DNA from: Mobula hypostoma
Lineage: Eukaryota
Length of the DNA: 64,000 bases
Direction of reading: 5' to 3'
NCBI RefSeq assembly: GCF_963921235.1
Contig: NC_086118.1
Coordinates: 23,376,001 to 23,440,000, forward strand
In this document: positions 11,855 through 24,152 of the stretch, one piece after another
Layout of the letters: each line of letters begins with the position of its first letter
How positions within the stretch are numbered: the stretch's first letter is position 1
Notes under the pieces: generated by a model
The model's input: the letters and a program-made list of their open reading frames with translations, nothing else
What the model was told of the DNA's origin: nothing
The model's database searches: none
Translations under genes and position numbers: made by a program

Positions 11855-13170
11855 TATATGACCATAAGATAGAAGAGCAGAATTAGGCCATCTGGCCTAT
11901 TGAGTCTGTTCCACCATTTCATCATGGCTGATCTATTTCCCTCTCAGCTACGATCTTCTGCCTTCTCTCCATAACACTTCATGCCCTGAATAATCAACCT
12001 CTGCCTTAAATATACCTAATAACTTGGCCTCCTGTGGCAATGCATTCCACAGATTCACCACCCTCTGGCTGAAGAAATTCCTTCCCATGTCCATTCTAAA
12101 TGGATTTCCCTCTATTCTGAGGTTGGGTCCTCTGGTCCTAGACTCCTCCACCTTTCCACATCCACTCTATCAAGGCCCTTCAACATTTAATAGGTTTCAA
12201 TGAGATTCCACACCCCCACCCCCACCCAAGTTCTTCTGAATTCCAATGAGTACAGGCCCAGAGTCATCAATCAGGCCTCATATGATAAATCTTTCAATCC
12301 TGGAATCATTTTCATGAACCTTCTCCAATGTCAACACATTATTTCTTAGATAAGGGGACCAAAACTCCCCCCAATACTCCAAGTGAGACCTCATCAGTGC
12401 TTTATAATGCCTTAGCATTACATCATTGCTATCTAAAAACTACTAAATTATGGTTACTGTTCCCCAAATTGTCCACTATTGAAACTTCGATCACCTGGCC
12501 AGGCTCTTTTCCTAATATAACATCTAGTTCTATGGAAGCTACTTTATGATTGGCCTTCTGGGCAGCCAATCAGAAAATTATATGTGGACATCTGAAGTTT
12601 CTTTTGCTTCCACAGCAACACAGACCATTTCACCAATGGTGCTGATCAATACAGTACACAATATTTCAGGTCTGGTCTTTCAAATGTCCTACATATCTGA
12701 AACACATCTCCATTTCTTTGTATTTAATTCACCTATCAATAAACAATAGCATTTTATTTGCTGTTCTAATTACTTGCACTCTAGCCTTTCATAAATAATA
12801 AGCCAAGACTCCCAGATCTCTCTGCAAGTTCTCATGAGTTAGCTGACATTGTTTTGCTTGGTTTTGATGTCTGAACACCTGATAAACATTGTCATTGTAT
12901 CTCCTCCCACCATCTCCCTGGCGATGTGGTCCATTGAGGTATCAAAGTGACAGGGAGGTTGTATTATTGATGCAGGAGAGTTCACCTCTCTTACATTTAA
13001 AGCTTCCTCAAAGAACGCCAAATGGTCAATGATGATTTCTCTTTCATAAAAACACAATTACTTTGCATTTTCTATATGCCTTTCAAAAATGTCTTCAATA
13101 ATGGCTTCTAACATTTTCTCACTGATAGATATATTAACCAAACTAGCCTGTATTTTTCTGCTTTCTGAAT
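11855..13170 (-). mobile_element. CR1 LINE fragments (3' end plus RT pieces)
   Basis: ESRTRGPNLRI...GRNFFSQRVVNLWNALP (ORF 11948-12151), the CR1 tail ACCATAAGAT...GAATTAGGCCA, and further degenerate RT pieces up to ~13170. Confidence 0.75.
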
Positions 13171-13712
13171 GAATGTGCCATCTTTCAGTTGAATGATTTT
13201 TTTTCCTAAATTTATAGGATTTGGAAAATTAAAACTGATGCATCAAAAATCTTTTTAGCTATTTGGTCTAAATCATGAACTTCACTATGTTACCTCTTTA
13301 GCTGAAGTAAGCATCATGAATTTACAGCCATCCGTGGATGTTTATCATTGGGGATATACAGTTACACCTATACAACAGTCTACAATTCTGGGCATTATTG
13401 TATCATTTCATGAAAATGAATATGGGTCAGATATGTATCATTAATAAAGTTATAATGTAGGATTTGCTTTCACTTCTAAGTTTTTAAAATTTGCATCTGT
13501 ACAATCAGGCTGTTAAGTGTTAATTTATTGCTATGAGTCAGCCTTTATATTATTATGGCAATGAATTATCATGTTCTGGGCAATTGTATAACTTTATATC
13601 GGCATATAACTTTTCTGGCACTCAGTTACTTGATCTGTGAATATTAAAATTGTTAAATGCTTTCTGGTTAATGACTACATGGTGCACCAATTTGGATTAC
13701 TTTACCCTATAT

Positions 13713-14092
13713 AATAGAGCATAGAATAGTACCGCACAGGACAGGCCCTTCGGCCCACAATGTTGTGCCGACCCTCAAACCCTGCCTCCCATATAAGCCC
13801 CCACCTTAGATTCCTCCATATACCTGTCTAGTAGTCTCTTAAACTTCACTAGTGTATCTGCCTCCACCACTGACTCAGGCAGTGAATTCCACACACCAAC
13901 CACTCTCTGAGTTAAAAACCTTCCTCTAATAGCCCCCTCGAACTTCCCATCCCTTACCTTAAAGCCATGTCCTCTTGTATTGAGCAGTGGTGCCCTGGGG
14001 AAGAGGCACTGGCTATCCACTCTATCTATTCCTCTTATTATCTTGTACACCTCTATCATGTCTCCTCTCATCCTCCTTCTCTCCAAAGAGTA
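13713..14092 (-). mobile_element. Relatively young 5'-truncated CR1 LINE 3' end
   Basis: Open ORF 13775-14086 (LERRRMRGDMIEVYKIIRGIDRV...TRGHGFK...FLTQRVVGVWNSLP) and an intact 3' tail. Confidence 0.9.
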
Positions 14093-14198
14093 ATGATGAC
14101 AGCATACTCCGCTATGATTTATTTTACAAATTAGTTATGTCCTAGCATCTACAAATTAGCTCAGTATTGGTACTGCAGCCATGCAGTCAGCATTAAGT

Positions 14199-14523
14199 TA
14201 TCAAGAAATGCAGAGGAGGCTTGAATCAAACACAGAGCAGCAGAGGTGATGTTGAGGTGAGCAATAACTTTAATAATAAACGGCAAAATAACAAACCCCA
14301 AAGGACTACCAAGCAAGAGATTACAGCTACTTAACACAACAAGGCAAAAAGGTAACTGAGGGCTAAGAGCAGCTGATTGAGACTGGCTGGTTCAATAGGT
14401 GAACAAGGATTGTGGATGAGAGCTGGGTTTATATAGGCTGCAGGTGATGAGTTGGAAATGAGTGTCAGGTAATTCCTGTTAATTGGGTGGAGACTGGGGA
14501 TGCCTGCTTTGGCAAGCTGGACA
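14199..14523 (-). mobile_element. 3' LTR of a chromoviral (Sushi-like) Gypsy element
   Basis: Starts TGTCCAG on the minus strand immediately after a purine-rich tract (GTAGGAGGTGATGTGC). Minus-strand TATA-like (plus TTTATATAGG ~14428) and ATTAAA signals are present. Confidence 0.7.
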
Positions 14524-16590
14524 GCACATCACCTCCTACAGCTGGCACCCGACGGCCCAGGATGATCCAGATGGCTTTGTTGGAACTCCCCTGTGAGCAA
14601 TGGATCCAAGGTGAGACAGAAGTGCACCCGGCACTTCTCCTCTTTCAAATTGACCAGGCTCTGCATACTCGCTCCATGTACACTGGACCACCTTCCACCA
14701 TCCTAGGTTCTGGAGTTGCAGGGTCAGGTCGGTTGAGTTGTCCATGGACAACAGGCTTGAAGCTAGACACGTGGAAGGTAGATGTGGGCCTGAGGGACGG
14801 TGGCAGCCGGAGACAGTATGTGATTGGTTTGATGCAGTATGTAATCTTGAAGGGACCAAGGAACAGGGGCGGGAGCTCGCGGGAGTCAGCGCACAGGTAT
14901 GGATCTCGGGTGGATAGCCAGACATGGTCCCCAGGCCGGAGTAGTCTTGCTGAGCAACACTAGTGGTTGGCAAAAGGTGCTTTTGGCAGTTAGATGACCG
15001 TTCGTTCCTTCCTCCAAGCATACCGACATCAGCAAACCAGAGCTCTGGCGGATGGGACCTCCACCATTGGTTCCTCCATAGGGAACAATGGAGGTTGGTA
15101 GTCATGAAGCACCACAAAGGGAGCCATAACCATGGCAGAAGAGGTGTGTAGATTGTGGGACAGTTCGGTCCAGAGCAGACACTCCTTCTATGTGGAAGGG
15201 TAAAAGCTGGCAAAGCATGGCAGAAACTTCTGCACTTGTTAATTGGCTCGTTCAGACTGACCGTTGGTCTGCAGATGATAGCCAGAGGATAAGCACACTG
15301 AGGAGCGGAAGAGGGGTTGGAAGGCTTGCTGGAAGCAGGAGATGAATTGTGTGCCTCAGACTGACACAATGTCCTGAAGGAAGCTGTAGAAGCAACAACA
15401 TCTTGGCAGCAGACTTCATTGTTCTCTCCACCCTTCTGAGAGGGCAATGAAGTGGGCGACCTTAGAGAACCAGTCCACCTTTGTCACCATGCCCATCACC
15501 CAAACCTATGATGAAATCCATGGCAATGTGGGACCATGGGCACTGAGGGGCCAGAAGGGGCAGAAGGAGCCAGACGGCCGCTGGTTGGAGGAATTGGATT
15601 GGGCAGATTGAGGGCAGACAGCGACAAATTCTGTACACCCGTGGTCATGATGGTCACCGGAATCAGAATCACGTTTAATATCACTGGCATAGGCCACGAA
15701 ATATGTTGTTATCAGGTTTAATAATTTCTGCAACTGGCGTTGCAGAAAATCCAGGGTCTGTCATGCACCTGGAAGACTGGGAAAGGGTGAGCACTGGGCC
15801 CTGTAGAGTGGCCCACAGCTCAGGGCTGCTGGCACGTTTGTGCAGTGCTCAGTCGTGTCGGCTGAAGCAGGCTTGTGCAGTAGAGCTGGCAGGTCTGGTT
15901 CTCAAGATCCCAGATGTTCGGGGTGAGCATCTGGGAGGATGGAATGACGGGCTGAGAGTCCATCTCTGTTTCAGCTGAGTTGAACTGTTGTAACAGAAAA
16001 TCATCTTAATGATCTCAGAACAAACACGATAGGAGGTGGTGAAGTTGAATTGCTTGAAGAAGGGAGCCCAGCGAGCCTGACCTAGGTCGATTTCATGGGT
16101 CTGTTGTATGGATAAGATTTCTGGTGGTCAGTCCAAATCAGGAAGGGCTCAGTGCTTCCCATCAGCCAATGTCTCCATTCCTTAAGGGCCCATTTAATGT
16201 TGAGTAGCTCAATGTCTCCTACTCCACGACAGTGCTGCGTAGAGTAAAGCTTGTGCGAGAAGAAGGCATAAGCGCGTGTCTTCCCATCCAGTCCTTGGTG
16301 GGAGAGGATGGTGCTGGCACCCACATCAGATGTGTCCACCTCTACCACAGAAGGTCTGGAGGGGGTGGATGCTGGAGAATGGGAGCAGTGGTGAAGTGTC
16401 TCTTGAGCTCCTCGAAAGTATGGTACGCGGCAGCAGACCAGGTTCCCCATGGGATAGGTGATTTGATGAGGGAGGTGAGAGGAGCTGTAGTTCCTGATGA
16501 AACTGCGGTAGAATTTGGAGAAGCCCAAGAGGCACTGTAGCTGTTCCAGGGAGAGTGGTCGGAGCCTGTCAACAACAGCATGCTCTGTGG
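14524..16590 (-). pseudogene. Chromoviral Gypsy pol remnant: RT end, RNase H, integrase, GPY/F module, chromodomain (frameshifted)
   Basis: LQCLLGFSKFYRSFIRNYS; VVEVDTSDVGASTILS...ELLNIKWALKEWRHWL...PFLIWTDH (RNase H); PWSHIAMDF; GDHVWLSTR...FLGPFKI...STFHVSSFKP (GPY/F); RMVEGGPVY...EEKC..LDPLL.GEF (chromodomain-like). Confidence 0.9.
15661..15730 (-). mobile_element. Very short Rex1-type LINE 3' tail inserted in the Gypsy integrase
   Basis: AATCAGAATCACGTTTAATATCACTGGCATA matches the tail at ~29542, and it interrupts the integrase Zn-finger region. Confidence 0.7.
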
Positions 16591-17310
16591 TTTTTTTTAT
16601 GCAATCCATCAGCAGCAGATCACAGCATTTTCTGCTTATTGAGGTCAGTGCCACTGTGTGGTAATCGTTTAGGATCAGTTGCCGTCATTCTCTTGGGTAC
16701 CGGCATGATGGTGGCTGCCTTGAAGCCTGCAGGGAAAGAGATATTAAAGTTACCCATTAAGACGTCTGTTAGGTTGGGCTGCCCAATCCCTCAGCACCTG
16801 ACCAAGTATGTTGTCCGGCTCCCCAGCTTTGCCTGGTTTTACCCTGACTAGGATCGTCCTCACCGCAGCTGCAGCCAGACAGGGTGCTGGCTCCTGCACT
16901 TCACCATTAAAAACTCTATCCAGGATGAGCGGTGGACTTATTTCCCATTGAGGCATATTCACTCATCAGTCCTTACTGACCGACATACAGATCTCCTCTG
17001 CTTCTCTTACTGGAGGTCACCGTATTTGTATCTGCCAGAAAGGAGATTTGGCCTTCCAGATGGATGACTAAGTCTGGAATAGTGTCCTGGAGCAAATTTT
17101 CTTTCAGGACGAGTGTGCAGCTGTCCTCCATCTCCTGCAGACCCAGATGCACGTAATCCAGTTTATCTTCTATCAATCAGACTTTGGAGAGAAGAATAAT
17201 CGGGCCATTGGCACAATTGTCAGACTGTTCTCTTAGTTCCAGCCATCTACGTTTACACCAGACCTCAAGCACTGTCTGCCAGCCTTCACCGTTTCCCTGC
17301 AGATCTGTAA
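16590..17310 (-). pseudogene. Rex1/Babar LINE remnant: APE endonuclease N-terminus joined to the RT start (internal deletion)
   Basis: PIILLSKV-LIEDKLDY...LKENLLQDTIPD...RGDLYV (APE N-terminus), then VRVKPGKAGEPDNILGQVLRDWAAQ...FKAATIMPVPKR...NDYHTVALTS (RT). Confidence 0.85.
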
Positions 17311-17521
17311 ATTTCCCTGGTTGCCCAGTTTTATTCCACATCCCAAAGACGTTTAGGGTTGTAGCTTATTTGACCATTTTAAGTTGTCCCTAGTGCAGAG
17401 ATATCTCAGGAGAGTTGATGTGAACATGGAAAGAATAAGATGGGATTCGTGTAAATGAGCGTTTAATGGCTGGCACGGACTTGGCGGGTTGAAGGGCCTC
17501 ATTGTGCGGTATGTCTCCATG
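17310..17521 (+). mobile_element. HE1/V-SINE-like SINE (5'-truncated)
   Basis: CCACATCCCAAAGACG V-domain and a CR1-derived tail (TGAAGGGCCT...GTATGTCTC). Confidence 0.75.
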
Positions 17522-17585
17522 GCCGTCATAACTACTGTACATGCAGGAGTTTGTCCAGGTTCTGAGAAAGCAGGCAACAAAATGC

Positions 17586-17860
17586 GGGTGTCACGGTAGC
17601 GTAGCAGTCAGCGTAACGCTATTACAGCTCAGAGCGTTGAAGAAGTTCGGAGTTCAATCTCTGGCGTCCTCAGTAAAGAGTTTGTACGTCCTCCTCGAGG
17701 AATGTGTGAGCTTTCTCCAGTTTCCTCCCACAGTCCAAAGACGTACGGGTTAGTTGGTTAATTGGTCACTGTAAATTGTCCAGTGATTAGGCTAGTGTTA
17801 CATTGAGCAGTGCGGTTCAAAGAGATAGAGGCGCCTATTCTGCGCTGTATCTCCAAATAA
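17586..17860 (+). mobile_element. Full-length HE1/V-SINE-like tRNA-derived SINE
   Basis: A-box GGTAGCGTAGCAGTC, B-box GAGTTCAATCT, V-domain TTTCCTCCCACAGTCCAAAGACGT, tail GCTGTATCTCCAAATAA. Confidence 0.85.
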
Positions 17861-18153
17861 GTATATTAGTTCAATGGTATTGTCTTCACAATATTGTTTA
17901 CAATGCTCCAAATGTGGATCAGATGCTGCCCAGTGTGCTGACCAGCCTGCAGAGAATGCCTTTGGTTGTTCTTCATTCATGCCACTGGGAAAGAAGTGAT
18001 CATGAGTTTGGGTTAAATTCAGCATGGTTACAAAAACCTTTGTGAATAATTCCTTAAAAATTCATTGAGGACAATGTTCTTCATTGAATGGTTGCCAGAT
18101 TATTATATCAAACACTGAAGAATACCCCTCACTATTTCTTTATATTTGCGTGT

Positions 18154-18598
18154 GAGTGGCAGTGTCTCATCACTGAGTCATTGAATCATGTCCCAGCATG
18201 TTGAAATTTCCCATGATATAGTTTCCCAATCTTGGTTAGATCATTAAAAGAAATACTAAAAAGTAGATACTCAGTTTCCCGTTCAAGAAAAGATAAGGAT
18301 AACCAGTAGAAGCAAATAAGCAGAATTACCACTGTGAGTAATTTACTGAATAGAACTTTTTTTAAATTATGTTGGTCAAATTGCGCAAAGACTGAAACTG
18401 TTTGGTAAGCATTATTCCTGCTTGTGGGTGTCAATTATGCTTACTTGTCTGACACTGGTTAACCAGAGCAACATCCAGCACTGGAGAACTGAGCATTTCT
18501 TTTCATGATCGAACCAAGATTGGGAAATTACCGTGAGGCGAACTTTGACATGTTGGGGTATGGCTGATTGCTTCAGTGATGAAACATGCTGCTACTTT
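18154..18598. repeat. Ancient imperfect inverted repeat (fold-back / MITE-like element)
   Basis: Perfect core TTTCCCAATCTTGGTT (18222-18237) / AACCAAGATTGGGAAA (18512-18527). Complementarity extends outward (TCATCACTGA / TCAGTGATGA) and inward (TAACCAGT / ACTGGTTA). Confidence 0.8.
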
Positions 18599-19304
18599 GA
18601 TAGAATGGATTTCTGTGACTAGCAGTTATAGTAACGCAGTAGTCATTTAACTCAGAGGTTACACTCGTTCACTAGATTTACAAAGAGACTTCTTTCAGGC
18701 TTCTTCCAGCTTTGACTTTTAATCTGCCATAAAGCAAAACATTCTTAAGAGAACACATCCAGACACACCCTCTAATTAAAGAACATATGTGAATTCCTTT
18801 CATGCAAACACGGTTGTAATTTGTTCTGTATTTAGACTGCATAGCTACATCTTTTTCTTTGGTGTTGTCAGTAGGAACAAATAAGAAGTTGGGTCCGATC
18901 TACTCATTGCAATCAGAGTAACTACACCTAGTAGTTTTAGTAGTTTTGCATTGTATTTATCAGCAAAACCATAACATGGAACATTGAGCTTTGAAAGTTC
19001 GTTGATTATCAATTTTCCCTGAGTCTTGTTGGTTTTGTATTCCTTGCTCAGTTTGTCCAAATCAGGAGTTACCATGAATAATTATACTTTAGTTTTTAGG
19101 ACACAGTTAAGGTGTTCTGTTGCTCTAAAAATAGAGCTAGCTTTAATCAGGCAAACTATGACACACCCACGTTAGCCCCGACATCTCCAAATGACCCTGG
19201 GATCTCAGTCTCTGAGGCTGATGTCTGAGAACCTTAAGTTGTGTGCTTAGCCCTTGCTGACTCTGCACACGGATCTGTGTGGCTAAGCACAGTTAAAGAG
19301 CCAT

Positions 19305-19470
19305 GTACAAATTCACTGATGACACCACTGATATTGGACAAATCACAGGTGATGATAAGTCGGCATCATGGGACACCTGGTTGACCAAAGCTGCAATAAA
19401 AACCCCTCACTCAAGGCAATAAATCTAAAGAGCTGATTGCTGATTTCAGGAGTGTGCCAGTCTACATTCC
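19305..19470 (+). mobile_element. Rex1/Babar RT fragment; probable 3' UTR at ~20630-20830
   Basis: KFTDDTT.IGQITGDDKSA...KELIADFR remnant. A (TGACTT)n tail at ~20815-20830 lies beyond the intervening CR1. Confidence 0.6.
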
Positions 19471-20625
19471 AAAGTCCCTCAGCACAGAAGTATGCTGCAT
19501 TATATTTTTCCATTTAAATAATAATCTGCCCTTTCATTTTTCCTTCTAAAGTGGATGACCACTCATTTACCAGCATTGTACTCCATCTGTCAGACCCTTG
19601 CCCACTCACTTAACCTATCTATATCTCTCTGCAGACTCTCCATATCTTCTGTACTATTTGCTTTTCCTCTCAATTTAGTATCATCAGCAAACTTAAATAC
19701 ACTACACTTAGGTCCTCTCTTCCAAACTGTTAATGTATATCGCGAATAGTTGTGGGCTTAGCGCCAACCCCTGTGGCACACCACTCACCACTGATTGCCA
19801 ACCAGATTAACACCCGTGTATCCCAACTCTCTGTTTTCTATGAGTTAACCAATCCTCTATCCATACTAATACATCACCCCCAACTCTATGTATCCTTATC
19901 TTATGGATGTCTTTTATGTGGCACCTTATCGAATGCCTTCTGGAAATCCAAGCAAATAACGTCCATCTGTTCCCCTCTATCCACTGTGTTCATTATATCC
20001 TCAAAGAACCCCAGTAAGCTTGTCAAACAGGACCTGCCTTTGCTGAATCCATGTTGCATCTGCCTGACGGATGGATTTCTTTCCAGATGCCTCACTATTT
20101 CTTCTTTAATGATAGCTTCAAACATTTTCTCAGCTACAGATGCTAAACTAACTAGCCTATAGTTACCTGCCTTTTGCCTACATCCTTTCCTGAACAGTGG
20201 CGTGACATTTGCCATCTCCCAATCGACTGGGACCTGCCCAGAGTCCAGAGAATCTTGTTAAATTATCACTGAAGCATCTACACTAACTTCTGCCATTTCA
20301 TTCAGTACCCTGGGATGCATTCCATTAGGACCAGGGGACTTATCTATCTTCAGGCCCACAAGTTTGCTCAGCACTACCTCTTTAGTGATAGCTATTGTAT
20401 CGAGGTCCTCAACTCCCATCGCATCCGTAACATCTTTCTTTGACTTGTTAGACGTGCCCTCCACTGTGAAGACAGACACAAAATAGTCATTCAAAGCCTC
20501 GGCCATTTCCTCATTACCCAATATCAATTCCCCCTTCTCGTCTTCCAAGGGACCTACATTCACTCCAGCCACCCCTTTCCACTTTACAAAATTATAAAAA
20601 CTTTTACTATCAGTTTTTATATTTG
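19470..20625 (-). mobile_element. CR1 LINE internal RT fragment
   Basis: ANVTPLFRKG...NYRLVSLAS...QHGFSKGRSCLTSL...LDFQKAFDKVPH (ORF 19901-20215) and KSPGPNGMHPRVL (ORF 20258-20644). Confidence 0.9.
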
Positions 20626-21394
20626 AACCAACTTGCACTACCATAATTTTTACCTCTGTATAGGAATGCTACAATTATTTGGCACAACAATGAATTTGTC
20701 CTTACTTTGTTTTAATTGTGTCCTTTCTTGTACAAAACATGTCTAATTTACGTTTGTTTTATTGTGAATGGTGTTTATCAGACGCTGAGAAGCACAAGTA
20801 TGTGACAGTAAACTTGACTTTGACTTTTGATATTGATTTTGAGAGCAAGTGTGTTACACACTCATTTTCAGCTCAAACAGTACTGTTTATTGCAGTAGTG
20901 AAAATATGTTCACAGCTGTAGAGTTAAGCAAATAGCTTTCTCCAAATATCCAGGAAAACCAAAAGCACAAATATGATCAGCCTTTTTTTGGAAGTATAAT
21001 TTTCTGGCTTTATAATTGCAAACTATTTTACATGCCACTATTAAAGCTTAGAAGCTGTTATTCTTCCATGACCACATAGTATGAAGCTGTTTACAGAAAA
21101 AACTTTCCACTTTTAAGAGATCTGATAACCAATGGATCAATGGAGTATCACAGCTTTTAAAAAATTAAACACCTGCATCTAGCCAATAGCTGAAGGCTGC
21201 ATAAATTTATGATCTAAACTAATTTTGAGCTGGATAGCTGTAATTCAATCATCGGGTTCTATTCCTGCCCTAAATATCCAAAGGATTATGCAGCTACCTG
21301 GCACCACGTGATAACTTGGTATGTTTTGTAATGTTGTGTTTTTCAGTCACAACTAAAATTGTACAGCTTGTCTGTCTCTGCAGAGAAAAAAAAC

Positions 21395-21656
21395 GATGGC
21401 ATGGTAGTGTAGCGGTTAGCACTACGCTTTACAGCGCTAGCAACCCATGTTCAATTCCCACCTCTTTCTATAAGGAGCTTGTATGATCTTTGCATGACCG
21501 TATCAGTTTCATCTGGATGCTCTAGTTTCCTCACACATTCCAAAGACTTATGGGTTAGTGGGTTAATTGGTTTCGTTGGGTATAATTGGGTGGTGTGAAC
21601 TCATTGGGCCAGAAGGCCTCTTACCATGCTGTATCTCTAAGTAAGTAATAAAAAAA
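21395..21656 (+). mobile_element. HE1/V-SINE-like tRNA-derived SINE
   Basis: GGTAGTGTAGCGGTTAGC A-box, GTTCAATTCC B-box, V-domain, and tail GGGCCAGAAGGCC...GCTGTATCTCTAA. Confidence 0.85.
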
Positions 21657-21679
21657 TGAGGCAAGTTTGTGTATCAGTA

Positions 21680-21960
21680 GTAGTAGTTGCTCAGAAGGTG
21701 TAATCCTGTTGGTGATTCACTCTTTGGTATGTAAGATTGATCCTTTCACAGATCTCATCTCTACTTCCAGGAAGAATTGGAGAGTTTTAGCTAATATCTG
21801 TGAGTGAATAATCTCATTACTTATTCTGCGGTGTTCATGGAACTTCATCACAAGCAAATTGACTGTTGCTATTCTTGCATTACAACAGTGATCCTTCTTC
21901 AGAAGTTCTTCGTTGCTTATATGGAGCATTGCACGGACAGGCACTATATAAAGGCAAGTA
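21680..21960 (+). mobile_element. Ancient Deu-domain (AmnSINE1-like) SINE remnant
   Basis: ATCTCATTA...CAAATTGACTGTTGC...CATTACAACAGTGA..CTTCAGAAGT...GGCACTATATAAAGGCAAGT matches my recollection of the Deu core and tail. Further weaker remnants lie at ~22560-22900 and ~35500-36030. Confidence 0.6.
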
Positions 21961-24029
21961 CCTGCCTTGGCCCTTTCATTCTGCATTTCTACCTTGTTCC
22001 TGTTTTCTTCAGCTTTCCATCAGGTTGCTTTCTCCTTTGTCTTTTATAACTAACTTTCACAACCTTCGAGTTTCTGGAGGCCAGTCGGAGAAGAAGTTTA
22101 TCTGACCTTCAAATACACTGGTAGTAATTAGTTTTGCATTTATTTTAATATGAAAAATATAATATGATCAATTCTCAAAGGTGAATGGAAGATGAAGTAA
22201 GCTAGTAATAAAGCTGATGTTGTGAAATTCATTGATTGGAAGTGAGGGAGATTATCTGATGATTAGTGAATTCTGGGAATGTAGGAATAGAAATTGTAGA
22301 ATTTTGATTTCAGCACAGTGTGAGCAAAATGCATGGCAAAGTGTTTAAGCTTGAGAACAATCATGAAGAGCATTTCAAAGTATTTAACAATATGATGAAT
22401 ACTTGCTAAGGCTGCTAATACATAGGCCATATGTTGTTAGTGCATGGCATCGATTCTCAGTGGAGTAAATTACTGTGCAGAATTAACTCTGTGTAGAATC
22501 TGATGATAAAGCAAACTCTACTTGTTGGCTTGTATGCCTCAATGACAAGGCAGTAAAGTACCAGCTTGGTTTAGTGATTTGAGTGCCTCAGTTCAATGTC
22601 ATACTGACAGTAACAGCACTGCAAGAAGTGTCATTTATCAAATGTGATATTAAAATGGTCTATTTTTTTCCTGTGTTAAAGTTCTGAAGGCATGATTGGA
22701 TAAATATAAGGAAGATTTATCAATAACTCAATCAATGTCCTTACCTCAACCAGCTTTATTTGTTTATAAACAGCAATAACTGGGATTAGGCGATGATGTG
22801 AAGTGGTATAAAACTGTCTTTTTTTCACTTTACCTGGCGTATTAAAATCATTAATATCATTACTGTGATTGTCTGGTGTACATCAGTTTAAAAAAAGCAG
22901 CGACTGAGTAATTTCAAACATCTAACCACCTAATCATCCTTTCCATTGAGCATATTGTAAGATGCTTAGTCTCAACATACTGCATAATTGCATAAGATCC
23001 TCAAAAGGCATTTGTCTGAAGCTATTTCTTCTGTAATCTCAATCTGTTTAATTGATGCAATTATTTAAATAAACAGTTTCTGTTGCAAGATTTGTGACCA
23101 ACATACAATTGTCATCATTTAATTTCATATCACATTGCCACGAATTCTCCAAATCCAAATTGCACCATCTGTTTAATAGCCCTCTGTACATCAGAAGACT
23201 CAATAAAACTTTGCTCTAGCATTTCAAGAAACAGAAATTACTGTTAAAAGAATGAAGTTCCTTCCTTTATGTACGTCAACATTTTTTTTTGTTGGCAGTT
23301 ATAGCGTAATTGGAATGAACTCAGTGTTTCTGAGGAAGTTGCAGACAGGAAACCTCGTTTTTCTGTATAATCTGTTAACTGCAAAATAGTAGCAGGTCTG
23401 AACATTATAATACAATTGTTTCACTGTGCGGAGTGATGGACGACACTGTCTAAAGGAAAACTGCAAACTGTAGAAAATTTTAAATGGAAACCAGAAATCC
23501 ACACCACCTTGATCACCATCTGAAGGGGAAAGGAAGGGTACTTCATCAGATCAGTTTTGATGAAAGATCATATCAGAGACATTACCTATCTCTCTCTTTT
23601 GGAATCCATCCTATCTGCCTTGCACATCCTGTTTCTATTGTGGCTTGGGACTTTGTTTTCTTTGGATTGGCATCTTACTGTTAGTTGTTCTGAATAGTTC
23701 AGAAGAAATAAGTCTGAATTAAGTGGAATAAATTTATGGAAGTTTTGATTTTGATGGAACGATTTCCTCATAAAATCAGCAAAATCAACATCCCCATGAA
23801 AATCAGTGTTATAGATGAATTATCCTGGACGTAAAGCCAGTTTATAATGAGCAACATTTTTGTGCTCTATAGAAGTCGAGTTTTTGGAATATTTTACAAT
23901 ACCTATAATTTTAAATTTGTACCATAAGATGTAATTAGAGAATTAGAGCCTGGTAAAAATAATATTGTTTTCATATCACAACATCAATTGATGTGCTTTT
24001 ACCTTCCGCTGTGATATTCCAATCCATGG

Positions 24030-24152
24030 AATGAGCATTTTTATTCCTTTTTTCTTTAAATGGGTTCTTTTGGGTTTCTTGTTTTGTGGCTACCTGAGAG
24101 CAAGCAAAATCTCAAGGTTGTATAACTTGTAATTCTTTGATAAGAATCTTGA
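24030..24152 (+). mobile_element. Rex1-type LINE 3' UTR fragment
   Basis: TTTCTTGTTTTGTGGCTACCTG...AATCTCAAGGTTGTATA, similar to 53440-53500. Confidence 0.55.

Noticed and set aside
14536..15447. Longest ORF in the window (303 aa) as a possible domesticated Gypsy gene
   Set aside because: It is mostly out of frame with the integrase; the true motifs are spread over several frames with stops.
17586..17670. tRNA-like sequences here and at 21395-21460
   Set aside because: They are SINE heads followed by a V-domain and LINE tail, with no complete cloverleaf.
23730..23805. Weak hairpin TTGATTTTG / CAAAATCAA
   Set aside because: Short and AT-rich with poor extension; expected by chance.
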